Source: Mobula hypostoma (taxonomy: Eukaryota). Taken from it: a stretch of DNA of 64,000 nt. This document shows positions 12,931 through 25,755 of this stretch, piece by piece (positions within the stretch are counted from its first letter, which is position 1; the number at the start of each line of letters is the position of its first letter). The notes beneath the pieces were generated by a model that saw only the letters and a list, made by a program, of their open reading frames with translations, searched no databases and was not told the DNA's origin. The stretch is taken from contig NC_086097.1 in the NCBI RefSeq assembly GCF_963921235.1, positions 59,584,001 through 59,648,000 of the forward strand, read 5' to 3'. Made by a program: the position numbers and the translations under genes.

Positions 12931-15332
12931 CACTTTTTCTGGTAAATGATCACTGCAAACAGTGACCGGTCGCTTCCCTGTCAGAGCTGAGCTGAATCGC
13001 CTGTACAATTTGGCACTTTTGTGGTGTGGCTGGAACTTCACTGGGGCAGGACAGTCGCAGCATGTCCAAGCTGGAGTTGCTGAAGTGGACGTAGAAGAAA
13101 TTCAATGAAACACAGCCAAGGTGAGGAGAGAAAATATCCAAGGCTTGATTGATTTAAGAGCAGAGCTGTATTGAAAAAGTTAGGTACTGGCCATATCGAA
13201 ATGGCAGAGAACAAGCAATGACCCGAGGTTTGGATGATTTAAGGACTGGGTCAGATTGAAATGGTTGGGGTGTCAGGTCAAAGGCAAGAGTTGGGCTGAT
13301 TCGGCTTGCTGCTCCTTGGGGTTTGCTAGAATCTGTGCTGGACTGAGGCTGTGGCCTGCAACTAGTGGACATCTAGATCAGCTGCTGTAATGTCTGGTGT
13401 TATGAACTTCGGTTCTGAGTGCAGCTTTTTTTATTTGCATGGTTTGTTTTTTTATCCTCTCTCACTGCAGAGTAGGTTTCTGGCAGTCTTCTTTTGTTTT
13501 TAATTGGCTCTTCTGGGATTCTTTGTCTCATGGCTGCCTCTAAGGGGACACTCCTCAAGGTTGTACAAGATACATACTTAGATAATAAAATGAACTTTGA
13601 ACTTTGAAAATATAGAAGCCCAAAAGAATCTCCCAGCAGGCTCAAGGACAGGTTCTATCCCACTCTTTTAAGACTATTGAACAGATGGACAGGTTCAAGA
13701 AGATAGATTCTTGACCCACTTTATGACAATCTTGCATCTTACTGTCTGCCTGCACTGTACTTTCTCATTAACCGTATCACTATATTCTGCACTCTGTTAT
13801 TGATTTTCATCTTGATGTATGGATGTGCTGAAATGATATGTATGAATGGTATGTAATGCAATGCTCTCCACTCTACCTCAGTGCATGTGACAATAATAAA
13901 GCCAACTTACCATTACCAATTAGACTGTAAGACATGTTGTGATCCACTTTGCAATTACGTAATCAATGAGCTTAGAATGAGAACACATTTCTTTTACTAT
14001 CTTTTTACCCTTCACCGCGCTTTAAAAAGCTTTACATTTCATATTGTTCAGAAGTCATAGACGTAAGAACGAAATTTGTCTTAAAATATGACTTGAATAG
14101 GTTATTCACAAGAAAAGGCTGAGCAATTCAATCGTATCTCTAATTTAAATTGTAACATTTTTGTGGTATCTTCTTGACCATGCATTTCTTCTCTGCTGCT
14201 GTTTTATCTGGAGAGTAGATTACTAGAAATCTTTAATCTTCTGCACATAGTTTAAGAGAGTGTAGTCATTATTGCACAAAAGGAGAAGACTCTCTAAGAT
14301 GTCGGTGTAGTGGGCTAGATTAAATCAGATTCTATTTTCCTCATTTCAAAAATACTATAAATGACAATTGAATTAAGTGTACTTCTGCAAGACAGTTGAT
14401 GCAAGATTTCTACTTTATCAGTATAGCTTTATATTGAAGTGCTTATGGTGTGCAGTACTGGTGTGAAATCAGATATACGGAGATTTACGAGACATCTGTG
14501 AACTGCTACCCCTGACATTTCAATGATGGCCGCATTGATTTTGACATTTTTATTCAAAGCCGTCACAGATTTCACTTCCACATGATTCAGTTCACTAATT
14601 TTAATGAATGGTCTGCCTTGTGAAAAGAAATTATGACTTCAAATTAGGTTTTCAACAGCTTTTGAGTATCATGGAATCTGAGAGGTGTATAGCTCAGAAA
14701 TGGGCCTTTGGCACATCATATCCTTCCTGGCTTTCTTTTTGTCTATCTGTACTAAGTACCATATGCCCACATTTGGGGCATATCCTTTTGTGCCTCAGCT
14801 ATTTAAATATCAGTCTAAATGTCTCATAAATTGAGTGTTTTCAGTAACTCCTTTGGTAGCATGTTCTAGATATGAACTGCCCTCATTGTAAAAACCTATT
14901 CGCCCAGGTTCCCTTTAAAATCCTTCTTCTCACTTTAAAACTATTATCTTTAGGAAAAAATAGATCTTAACTATCTACCTATTTATGCGTCTCATAATTT
15001 TATATAATTCTGTCAGGTCACCTCTCAGCATCTAACTGTGTCTTTATTTTCAAAAGCTTTAATCTGTTTTGAGATTCCAAAAGTAATATAAGATCATCAG
15101 TCCTTTTATGTGTCATATGGCTGTGATTTGTAGTTCAGTGTCTTTTCAATTTTGCTGGAGCCATTGCTACATTTGTTAAGTTGTTTGCCACAGACTTGGC
15201 ACAATGGAATAGGACACCAGTCCATGTAAAACCCATTGATAAGTAGCATTCATTGTAAAGATAGACTTTTTTGTGTCCGTTGTTGCACTACTGCAGTGAA
15301 ACGACTCAGAAGATTGTAATTCTTCACCATTA

Positions 15333-15985
15333 GGAGGGAGGAGAAGATGGCGACGCGACGCAGCGCACGCGGCCATTCTGAATGATATCCATATGTGTAA
15401 CTAGGGGTGCCATGCACAATCCGGATTTAATGGAGGCAGCCGTTATGAAGTGCAGAGGAACATCTGGAGTAACTTCTGAAATGCCTGCTTTGCTGCCATT
15501 GCTACTGTGCGATCGAGAATCTCCGGAGACGAAGGCCCCAAATCCTCGGCTTTGCGTATCGCTTGTTGCCGGGGCCGAGGTCAAAGCGCTCGGCAGAGAT
15601 GGTGCTCGGTGCTCGGTGTCGGGAAGTGGTTGGAGGCTCGGAGTTTTTCGGACGGGCTCAGAGTCGGACTGTGGTTCGATGCTTCCAGGATGCTGCACCG
15701 GCAAGTTGGCAGCGCTGGAAATTTACCGTCTGCGTGAGATGATGGGACTTTCGAGAGACTTTGAGACTTTTACTGGTCTGTTCTTATCAAATTACGGTAT
15801 TGCTTTGCACTGTTGTAACTATATGTTATAATTCTGTGGTTTTTGTTAGTTTTTAAGTCAGTTCGTCATGTGTTTTCATGATATCATTCTGGAAAAACAT
15901 TTTATCATTTCTTAATGCATGCATTACTAAATGACAATAAAAGGGGACTGCGTGTCCTCATAATCATAATAATAATAATAGTAAT
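15333..15985 (+). mobile_element. Apparently full-length non-coding retroposon (SINE-like) with AAGATGGCG 5' motif and AATAAA plus (TAA)n tail
   Basis: AAGATGGCG at 15344-15352, CpG-rich body, 3' AATAAA followed by a simple-repeat tail. Possible CATTA TSD (15328-15332 / 15986-15990). Homologous to 16925-17487. Confidence 0.65.
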
Positions 15986-16149
15986 CATTAACCTTATTGG
16001 GATTGTCTGTAGGCCTAGACCTAGAATTTTCCTCCTCCATCTCACACATCCTCTTAAAAAATTGCCATTCTGGATGGTCTTTAGAATGAAAATTTACCTG
16101 CAATTACCTACTACACTTGTAGTTTGTTTGCTCCCATAAGTCAGTTGAT

Positions 16150-16564
16150 GGCACGTGAAGGGAAATTGAGGTAGTTAATTCAAGAGGGAGAGACTGACGT
16201 CACAGCCCAAGTTGGGCGAGTCCATTCAATGCTCAGAAAATCCACTTCTGCTTCTCAACAGCCTACCATTCTCTCCTCCGTGAAAATACAACGCTCACCA
16301 ATTATCAACGGCCTCCCCTATCTTGTGTCAAAAACTGAGAATGGACTTAACCAAATAAACACGGTCCTACTGTGCACTGCCATACTAAGCTGAGAGATTG
16401 CTAATGGGGCTGCTTGGTCACTACCCACCACCGTGAGCACAAGCATCACGTGTTGCGCAAAGTTCAAAAAAATGATGTGATTTTTAATCGTGATTTCACG
16501 CGGAACCACTAGCGACCTCTCACGAAACCCTAGGGTTCTATGGAACCCTGACTGAGAAACTCTG
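16150..16564. mobile_element. Probable hAT (Charlie-like) DNA transposon remnant
   Basis: The right end carries GAACCC subterminal repeats (GAAACCCTAGGGTTCTATGGAACCCTG) and a CAG.G.TTCTCA-type terminal inverted repeat (TGAGAAACTCTG). The left end is not identified. Confidence 0.4.
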
Positions 16565-16924
16565 GTATAAAGAGTAGGCTAAGCATGCATGGTTGATGTG
16601 TAGCAATGTTGGTTATCAGCGAGAAGAAGATGTTAATTCCAATCCACACTCTAATCCCCTAATGAGGAAGTTAAGGTTCAGCTGCAGAGGGAGGTAGAGA
16701 GGCCCAAGTTTTGGAGCTTGTTGTTTTGCACACAGGGTATGATGGTGTTGAATGCTGAGTTTTAATCAGTAAACAGCAGGCTGATGCAGGTGTTGCTATT
16801 GTCTAAGTGTTCCAAAGCCAAGTAGAGAGCTAATGAGATTGCATCCGTGGAAACCTATTGTGGCGATAGGTAAATTGCAATGGGTCCAGGTTCTCCCTTG
16901 CTATCTTGGTCTCTTTTCCAATAT

Positions 16925-17487
16925 TAGATTAGATTAGATTTTGAGGACACTCAGTCCTCTTTTATTGTCATATAGAAATGCACACATGCATTAAGAAATG
17001 ATACAATGTTCCTCCAGAGTGATAGCACAAAAAAAAATAGGACAAACCAAAGACTAACACTGACAAGACCACATAATTATAACATATAGTTAGAGCAGTG
17101 CAAAGCAATATCATAATTTGATAAAGAGCAGACCATGGGAACGGTAAAAAAAAGTTTCAAAGTTCCGATCGACTCCCGATAGTCCCCGATAGCAGGTGGC
17201 AGAAGGGAGAAACTCTCTTTGCCATAAACCTCCAGGCACTGACAACTGTCGATGCATTGGAAGCACCCGACCACAGCTGACTCTGAGTCCTTCCGAAAAC
17301 TTCGAGCCTCTGACCAGCCCTTCGACACCGAACACTGAGTGCCATCTCTGCCGAGCGCTTCGACCCTATCCCGGCCACCGAGCAACAAGCAAAGCCGAGG
17401 ATTCGGGGCCTTCCCCTCCGGAGATTCAGGATCACACAGTGACAGCGGCAGCGAAAAAGGCATTTCAGAAGTTTCTCCAGATGTTCC
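16925..17487 (-). mobile_element. 5'-truncated second copy of the 15333-15985 retroposon family
   Basis: (AATCT)n tail on the minus strand. 9-bp TSD TTCCAATAT at 16916-16924 and 17484-17492. Collinear in inverted orientation with about 15457-15960. Confidence 0.75.
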
Positions 17488-20059
17488 AATATGAATGAAA
17501 GAACAAATTTTTACTTAGGGCATTGGAGGCTTTAAACTTGGATTCAGGAATATTTGCAAACTAATTAAAGACCTCCAACTGTGAGCTGATTAAGAAAATC
17601 TAAACATTGCTGTTGAGTGAACATTAGTCGAATAATGTGATTTGCTACTCAGTGCTTCACCAACCCCTGAACCATCAATTGTAGTATGTAAACAATAAAC
17701 AATTACATCAATTAAACGATCTAAAAAAAATCTCCGTCTGCTCGTGTTCAAAGACTATACTTGCTCTTTGAATCAGAATAGTCAGGAATATCACAAATTA
17801 ATGTATATGATTAATCCTTTATAAAAAGATGTATATAATTTACAATATTAAAACTAAATTCTTATTTCATTGTTATTTACATTGCTAGTAAATTATAGGA
17901 TATTTCAGATTTAAGATCCATAAAAATGACTGAAATTGATGAATGATGGACATAAAAATATTCTATTCATAAAATATTTCTTAAAATTGCAACAGCAAAA
18001 TGAAAATTAAAGATATTGAATATAAGTTGTGACAGTAAATAGATGGAAACTCTATCAAGTCCAATTTTTTAACAACTCTTTTTTGAAAAATATAGTTTTA
18101 CCAACATGCAACACTTCAGTGTGAGCAACTTCTGAAACTTTACGTCCTTCCTGTCAATGTTTTCAATGCTTTTTCAGAGACTTATTTAAATGCTTTGGTG
18201 AATACGTTTTTTAACAGTCATTGAGAAGACAGGAGATTTAGTTGCCTGGAATGCTGCTGATCCCCAGATGAAAAGAGAGAAAATATATATTTTTTGTGTT
18301 TTTTTATCCTTAGTTTTGTTTTTTTGTTGCTTATCCCCATAGAACTTATATTCAGTGTAAAGTCCAATACCATTAACTGAAGGGAGGCAGATAGATCCTC
18401 CAGGGTTCTTCAGCAATCAATGATTGTAGTTGAACTTCCACACAATCTTATGCCCTCTCTCCATATCTTTCGATTCTCTCAATGCTCCAAAATTGATTTC
18501 AGTCTTGAATATATTGTTCATCTCAATATCCACAGATATAGGGTACAGTGTACCAAGATTCAAAACTCTCTGAATGAAAATATTTCTCTTCATCCGAGTC
18601 CTAAAGAGACCATTCCCTGTGCTGAAATAATGACTGCTATCTTAAAATGGTCATTCAGGTGAACAGTCTTTTAGGATATACTTTGTAAAGCCAGCTAAGA
18701 ATTTTGTACTTCTCAATGAGATTTCATCTTATTCATCCAAAATCTGGGAAATATAAGAAATGGTGCACTTACTGGATAATAAGTTTTATTACATTTTTTT
18801 ACTCTTATACTCCAATCTCTTTGAAATAAAGAGTAAAATAATATTTACATTCACTGCTTGCCACCCACTGTCTACTTATATGTTAACCTTTTACTATCCA
18901 CATTAAGAGCACTCAAATTTCATTCAAAGATCAATATGTAATAACTTCTCAATTTTAATATCTCTTTCCCGTCTTCCTCACAAAGTGAATAAATCTCTAT
19001 TTGTATAGTCAGCTCTGCAGGAAGAACACATTTCATTCAAACCAGCATTAAGGGAAACAGACAACTGTACTATGAATACATGCTTGTGGTCTTTATCTGT
19101 ACAAATTGATCAAGCTCCGTATTCTAGCAACTATACAAGTAAAACGGGTTTTTGATGAACTTTTACATTAAGCTGTGCACTGTAGGAAGTGTTAGAGGAT
19201 TTACGTGTGTTGAGGCACAAACAGGATGCAAAGGAATTGGATTTCTCAGTTCTGTCGATTTGTTGAAGATTAACAATATACTTCCTGCTTTGGCTGATCA
19301 TTTACAAGATTTACAAATCCAAAAGGAAATTATGCGCTTTGCTCCATAAAATCTGGATTCATCCCCAAAAGCCTCAAGGAATATTAATAATCAGATTGTT
19401 CCATTCTTCAGCCCTTCAATATCCTGATCAGCCCAGAACACTCCCCAGTTAAATTCTTCCATGTGATAATGATCGAACTTCACCAACATAATTGATATAG
19501 AATACATATTGCAGACTCTTGCAGAATTTCCTGTAATTATATTCCTTATTCCAAAAATAAGCCTTTACTTTAATTTTTTTGCTGTTTACCTATTACGTGT
19601 AAATCATATGAATATTATTGTTGTGGTCCAATTTATTTACCTTTATACCTATATTCTTAAACAGCTTTATTAGGTTTAGTAAACAAGACTTCCCTTTCAT
19701 AAAACAATATTGGCAAAACCAGATTCAAGGACCCAACATGCTGAGCATCCATTTGCTTCTGCGGAGTTCCTTCTAAGTTCCCCTATTAGAGTGATATTTT
19801 TGCATTGTCTAAACCTAATGACGGCACAGTTCTGTGGATTTGTGGATGTTGCTCCCATTAATACCTCTTATGTTTTTTTGTTATAGAGTTATCGAGATTT
19901 ACAATGCAGGTAGGACCACTGTCCATTAGTCATGTGGAAAATCTAAATTTGAGGTTATTCCCAGTTTCCAGATCTTGTTTTATAATGCTGCAAGTTATAT
20001 TTGTTTAAATGTTAACATTTAACATATTATGGAGCCATTAGTATGATCTTTCAAGAATC

Positions 20060-20474
20060 TTTCGAGATGTGGACACTCACCAAGACGATGCGAAAGTCTC
20101 TCGATGGTTGCTATACACGAATGCTCCAGATGGCTCTTGATGTGAGTTGGCAACAGCACATGACGAACGTCGAGCTCTATAACAACCTACCGATGCTCAC
20201 CACTAAAATCGAGGCGAGAAGACTGCAACTAGCGGGGCACTGTCTACGCCACCCTGAGCTACCTGCCAGCCTAGTCATCATATGGGAGACCAAGCACGGG
20301 AGGATGAACCCTGGGTGCCCTCCCAGGACTATGGTCAACACGCTCCTAGAAGACAGCAGCACGGCTAATGTAGATGAACTGAACACACTGATGAGGGAGA
20401 GGAAGAAGTGGAGAGTCCGTCATCGTGCCCGACGCCGGCCCCCTAGGCCTGAGTCGACATAATAGTAGTAGTAG
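20060..20474 (+). mobile_element. RTE-clade LINE, 5'-truncated 3' fragment
   Basis: ORF ...WTLTKTMRKSLDGCYTRMLQMALDVSWQQHMTNVELY...RRLQLAGHCLRH is an RTE-type C-terminus. (TAG)n tail. Perfect 10-bp TSD TTCAAGAATC at 20050-20059 and 20475-20484. Confidence 0.85.
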
Positions 20475-20504
20475 TTCAAGAATCACTAAATTCTGGAATA
20501 GCTC

Positions 20505-20725
20505 TGGAGGAATTTCTTTATCAAGTGGAAGATGTATCTGTGGAATTTATTGTCACAGATGGCTGTGGAAGCCAAGTCATTGGGTATATTTGAAGCAGAC
20601 ATTGCTAGGTTCTTGATTTTCAGGGCTTCAAAGGTTATGGTGAGAAGGCAGGAGAATGGGATTGAGAGGAATAATAAATCAGCCACAATGGAATGGTAGA
20701 GCTTCTTTCTCGTATGGTCTTATCC
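20505..20725 (+). mobile_element. CR1 3' end fragment
   Basis: GGAATTTCTTT...CTGTGGAAT...GGCTGTGGAAGCCAAGTCATTGGG is shared with the other CR1 3' ends in the window. Confidence 0.7.
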
Positions 20726-21741
20726 CAATTTAAGTGTCAATTTAAGCATGCTGAAAGGCCTTCCAAGCCTCAAGCATCTAGTTCTTAATGCTCTGTAGCC
20801 TTGTTCCATGAGCTCCCTCGGCAAAGTCTTTATGCAGCCGAACTCAGGTGTGTCTCATTGTGTGGTCAGATGGCCCTGGCCTATCCTGTATAAAGATATT
20901 CATGATCATGCAAATCCTATTTCTAATCTAAGCTCATAATCATAGACAATGTTTGTTTCTGATCTTGTGACCAGGATATTCAATACAGTGATCCTGCACA
21001 GGGACTCATAATTGCCTTCTTCGGAAACTCATGCGATTTAGGGGGTGGTATTCCTCTGGGATTATTTTGGCCAAAGAAGTGGTGTTAGAGAGCAGTGGGG
21101 ATCAGATGTTCTGACTAGCCATCACTGACATGATTGATAGTATGACATTTTTATTTCTGTGAGTAGTTGATGTGGGAATGAACTGGTAGGGAAACCAAAT
21201 GTATTTGTTACATTCATGAGGGGACTGGGTATGTACATGAAAGGAAAGAACATTGCAGGGAAAGTGGAGTTAGCAAGAGAGTCTCAATGATTGAATGACC
21301 TCCTGTGCTGTAACCTTACATTGACTTGTGTTATGCTAGCACACCTTCAGCACTTCTTAGCCATCGAAGAACAAAGTAAAAGACAAAGCTAATGTTACGG
21401 TAAATGGAAGGGGAGTGAATAATGTGTGCAAGCATTCTTCTATTTTGTCAGAATTTCCTTTGCATTAATCGTAGGAAGGCGGTAAATTCTGAACAATGCA
21501 ACCAAATACTGAAATATCACAAAAGGAGAATATTTTTAAATTGTGAACTTCACAACCTGTGGTCAACCTAATTTTAAATCATTGAAATTCTCCTTTCAAA
21601 AGTACAGAACGTACATACCCCGTAGCTGGTTATAGAACCAGCAGAAATGGAAAACAGCTGGAGTGCTGTTAGCTAATTCTATTTTATTAGTAACTATGCC
21701 ATACAGTAATATAAAATCAGATAAATCAAACAGGTTAACAG

Positions 21742-23050
21742 TGTTACGTGTATCTATGTGTGTAAATATAACTCCCAAACTATTGAGATTGGGTGAAACA
21801 AGGCTTAGAGTCTTGAGATGGTAAAGTATGAAAGTTCAGTTCAACCACGGAATAGGTGATAAGAGGGAGATATTTGTAATCCACGGTAAATGCTGAGAGA
21901 AGGCAATTACGTCGATACTCCACAGATTCCACGACAGCAATATAAAATAACTATTGTAGTAGGTTGCATCTCCGAAGTTGTTCCTCTCCACTCACGAAGT
22001 ACCACCGACAGTGACCTTCAATCAATAACCTTTCAACACAAGTGGTACCACACCCGAATTCAGCTACAGGTCATCCCAAATTAGTGGCCACAGGATATGC
22101 AAACAGAATCCACGTATGGATTATCACCAACAGTAGCTTATCACTGAGGTACCATCTTCAAGCGGTAAAACTACCAACCCAGGCAAGGATTATCACACGC
22201 AGGTAGTTTCCACACAAGGTTACCCCAAACACACAACTGTGATAGCCACTTATCCAGTTCCACGACATACGAAATAACTCCAACAGTGATTTGTCACAGG
22301 GGTGCCTTTCTTCAGTGAGCTATCACACCTAAATAAGGGTAACACACAAGTGGTATTCACAAGGTGCTCCCCACACCAGAGAACCCACTTCTGTGGATTA
22401 ACTAAGTGACAATCACACCTTCGTATTCGAATGGAACTCAAACTCACCCTTACGGGCTACAGAGGAGAGAGTCCAAACAGTGACCTCTTTGTCACTAGGT
22501 TTCTTTTGTTTCAAACCTTCCTCTCCGCTCTTCTCTTCCTTTAAAGTCACTGAATGTGACCACATAAAAGGAGACCACCTTCTGGTGTAAAGTTATCAAC
22601 CCAGGCAAGGGTTGGCAACACTGACAACTTCCCACCGGTCACTCTATTTCCACACTGCGAGAGCCACTGATCGATTCTCCCGATCGATCCTCCAAATCCC
22701 ACCTTTCTGTGGGCACACAAAGCTCACCCAGTGTCCAAAACCATGTGTGTCTGTGTGTCTACCAGCTGACCTTGTATTTACCTCAGCATGCTGAACACCA
22801 GCTGTCCATCAAATAGCGCCGCCCTCAGTCACCATGATGACTCACGAGCTGCTCGTTGCTTTCTCTCTTTCTCTCTTTCCATGGCAACCCAAAAGCTGAC
22901 AGTCAGTGTCCTTGTAAAAGTGTAAACACGAACTGAAAGGCAGACTCAGCCCCTTTCTCTCTCAGCAGAAATCCAAAAGTTAGTCTCAGTTCAATCTTGC
23001 GCCTTAAAGTGACAATCCACAGCAAAAAGGAACCCCAGGGGTACATAACA
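21742..23050. mobile_element. Probable solo LTR (about 1.3 kb)
   Basis: TG...CA ends with terminal inverted repeat TGTTACGT / ACATAACA (7/8). Flanked by (A)CAG on both sides. Internal direct repeats and no meaningful ORF. Confidence 0.6.
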
Positions 23051-23949
23051 CAGAACACTGTTTTCTGATAAGTTTAAACATTTAAACCATTGTTAAATAT
23101 TACAAAGCCTTCCCTCTATCTAGAAGATGCATCTTACTATTGTTAATGAGCACAGTGAGTGCAATTCATCCTTGTTGTGAGCAGAGCCTGGAATTAACAC
23201 TTAAACTATCATGGAAGGTTGTGATTACAACAATTTTGCTTGCTTTTAGACCAACTACAATGCCATTCTTGACCCTTTCTGTTGCTACAAAGGATCTTTA
23301 AATGATAGCCAAAAGTAATTTGATAGATCACATTGACGCCGACCCACTGGGTCTGCAGACAGTTGCCGTTTAGCTGCAATGCTCTTGTTTGGGACTGACA
23401 GTACATGTGTGCACTGAAGGCATTGAGACCAGGAAAAATCTGTATTACACTGAAACCAGGGTCCAAATGCACTTGGTGTCTGCTTGGCTGGCATAGTTAG
23501 TGCAACCCCATCTACTTGAATGTGTTTGGCAACCTTTACAAAAAGGTAAGTAAATATAACATTTTCATATTTCACTTTGCTGATGATAGTAATATTTATT
23601 TTATTTGCATAAGTTTAGTGTGGTGTTAAATGAATTTATTCTGTTTTAAATGTTTAGTTGCTTGCGAATATTTTTAATTATTTGCAATTATTTAAATGTT
23701 TTCAATAGAGACATTCTGACACGGTGCCAGTTCAGAAGACCATAGGGTTGTTAACCAGCAGATCCTCAGCAGCCTGGTCTTTGCTCGTGGTCCATTCTGC
23801 CTTGTGGAACTGCTGCTGTTGGGATGCCAGCAGGAGGCTGAGAACTACATGGTAACAAAGGGCAGGGAGTCATGGACTTACTGCAAGAAGTGCAAGCATA
23901 TAATTTGGTCAACCTTCTCTACGGAATTTAGTACTGCTTCTATTACATC

Positions 23950-24631
23950 GCTGAATGGGATCCCACCACCAAGCACTTCTTTCCTTCCTCACCCCTCTCT
24001 ACTTTCTGCTTTCACTCCATACATGATTCCCTTGTCCAATCACCCCTGCTCACTGACATCCCTCCTGGTACTTACCCTTGTAAGCAAAACAAGTGCTATA
24101 CCTCCTCCCTCACTACCATTCAGGATCCCAAACAGTCCTTCCAGGTGAGGCAACACTTCATCTGTGAGTCTGTTGGGGTCATCTACTGTATGCAGGACTT
24201 CCGGTGTGGCCTCCTGTATATCAGTGAGACCTGATGTAGATTGGGAGGCTGCTTCACCAAGCACTAATGCTCCTCCCACCAGAAAAAGTGGGATCTCCCA
24301 ATAGTCACCTATTTCAATTCTACTTTCCACTCTCATTCTGACATGTCAATCCATGGCCTCCACTATGTCTATGATGAGGCCACACTTATGTTGGAGGAGC
24401 AACACCTGATATTCCGTCTGGGTAGCCTTCAACCTGATGGAATAAACATTGATTTCTCAAACTTCAGGTAGTTGCTCTTGCCCTCCCCCCACCCCTTCAC
24501 TACTCCCATTCCTGTTTCCCTCTCTCAACTCATCTCCCTACCTGCCCATCATGTCCCTCTGGCGCTCCTCCCCCTTCCATGGTCTTCTACCCTCTCCTAT
24601 CAGATTCCACCTTTCTCCAGTCCTTTATCTC
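23950..24631 (+). mobile_element. Penelope-like element, GIY-YIG region (part 1), decayed
   Basis: TTCCAGGTGAGGCAACACTTCATCTGTGAGTCTGTTGGGGTCATCTACTGT...CTCCTGTATATCAGTGAGAC (FQVRQHFICESVGVIYC...LLYISE). Continues at about 25495. Confidence 0.8.
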
Positions 24632-25490
24632 AATAGTTCAATAGTTCCATTTAATATCAGAGAATGTATACAATACACAACCTGAAATTCTAATTCTCTG
24701 CAGATGTCTTCGAAACAGAAGAAAAACCCCCAAGAATGAATGACAGAAAAAATGTAAGAACCTCAAAGCCCCCTGCTCCCCTCCCACGCACAAGCAGCAG
24801 TGAGCAGCATCAACCTCCCCCACTTATTCTAGCAAAAAGCATCTGCATTCTCACCACCTATCAAATCAGCTTCAGCAATGCCCTAAAGAGAGACCATGGT
24901 CTACAGTACATCAAAAATTAACTGTTCACTCCAGCATTTTCGACATCCCAGAGACTCTCTCTCTCACTAACAAGGGAGAAGCAGATATCACTCCATTCAC
25001 ATCAACGGGAGACAACAATCACTATTTTGATATTACAGTCAGTCTGAAGTATTGCTTTTTATTACAAGTTCCCCACCTCGAGAATCGGCAGCAAACTCTC
25101 CCTCACAATTGAAAGAGAGGCAGGGAGAGATCAATCAATTACCAAGTGCCGAGCTCTCCAACAGGTACACCCATTGCCTTCGATGTTCCGGCTTCCGCTA
25201 TGCTTCAGTTCATGACATGGGCAAGAATTCGTGTCCACAGGGCTGAGCAGGCCCCATAGTCAATCAGCCTCAGGCCGAACCTGGACATACTGAAACATGG
25301 AAAATCGGTGAGCTCCACGAACGGGAACATGCCGCTATGCAGAACCATAGCTTTGAGTGCTGCTGTAGATCAAAGAACCTGATAGGACCCCAGCCACCTG
25401 AAGAGAAACATAGAGAGATTATAATAGGAAGAATTTAACTGTTTTGCTGATGAGCAGGGAGAAGTCACCCTCTCACATCATCTTTGAACT
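24632..25490 (-). mobile_element. Non-coding retroposon with Rex1-like tail, inserted in the Penelope element
   Basis: Minus-strand tail ATTAAATGGAACTATTGAACTATT at the left end and an AAGATGATG (AAGATGGCG-like) motif at the right end. It interrupts an otherwise collinear Penelope copy. Confidence 0.55.
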
Positions 25491-25494
25491 GAAT

Positions 25495-25755
25495 ATTCTC
25501 CAAACAGCTCCCCAGCTCTTTACTTCAGCCCTCCTCCTCTCATAGTTTCACCTATCACCGTGCAATTCTTCATCCCCTCCCCCCACCTTCTTACTCTGAT
25601 TTCTCATCTTTTTTTTCCAGTCCTGACGAAGGATCTTGGCCCAAAACATCAACTGTTTACTCTTTTTCACAGATGCTGCCTGGCCTGCTGAGTTCCTCCA
25701 GCATTTTGTGTGTATTGCTTGGATGTCCAGCATCTGCAGATATTTCCCTGTTTGT
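25495..25755 (+). mobile_element. Penelope-like element 3' pseudo-LTR (part 2) with degenerate hammerhead
   Basis: AGTCCTGACGAAGGATCTTGGCCCAAAACATCAACT (25619-25654), then GATGCTGCCTGGCCTGCTGAGTTCCTCCAGCATTTTGTGTG. Confidence 0.8.

Noticed and set aside
15330..15831. Overlapping ORFs of 110-149 aa on both strands here and at 17077-17498
   Set aside because: They lie inside a GC-rich repeat, their frames are not conserved between the two copies, and they have no recognisable domain.
23327..23551. Consensus donor AAG/GTAAGT at 23545 as the end of a coding exon
   Set aside because: Frames read from the candidate upstream acceptors hit stop codons. At most this is a non-coding exon, which I cannot support.
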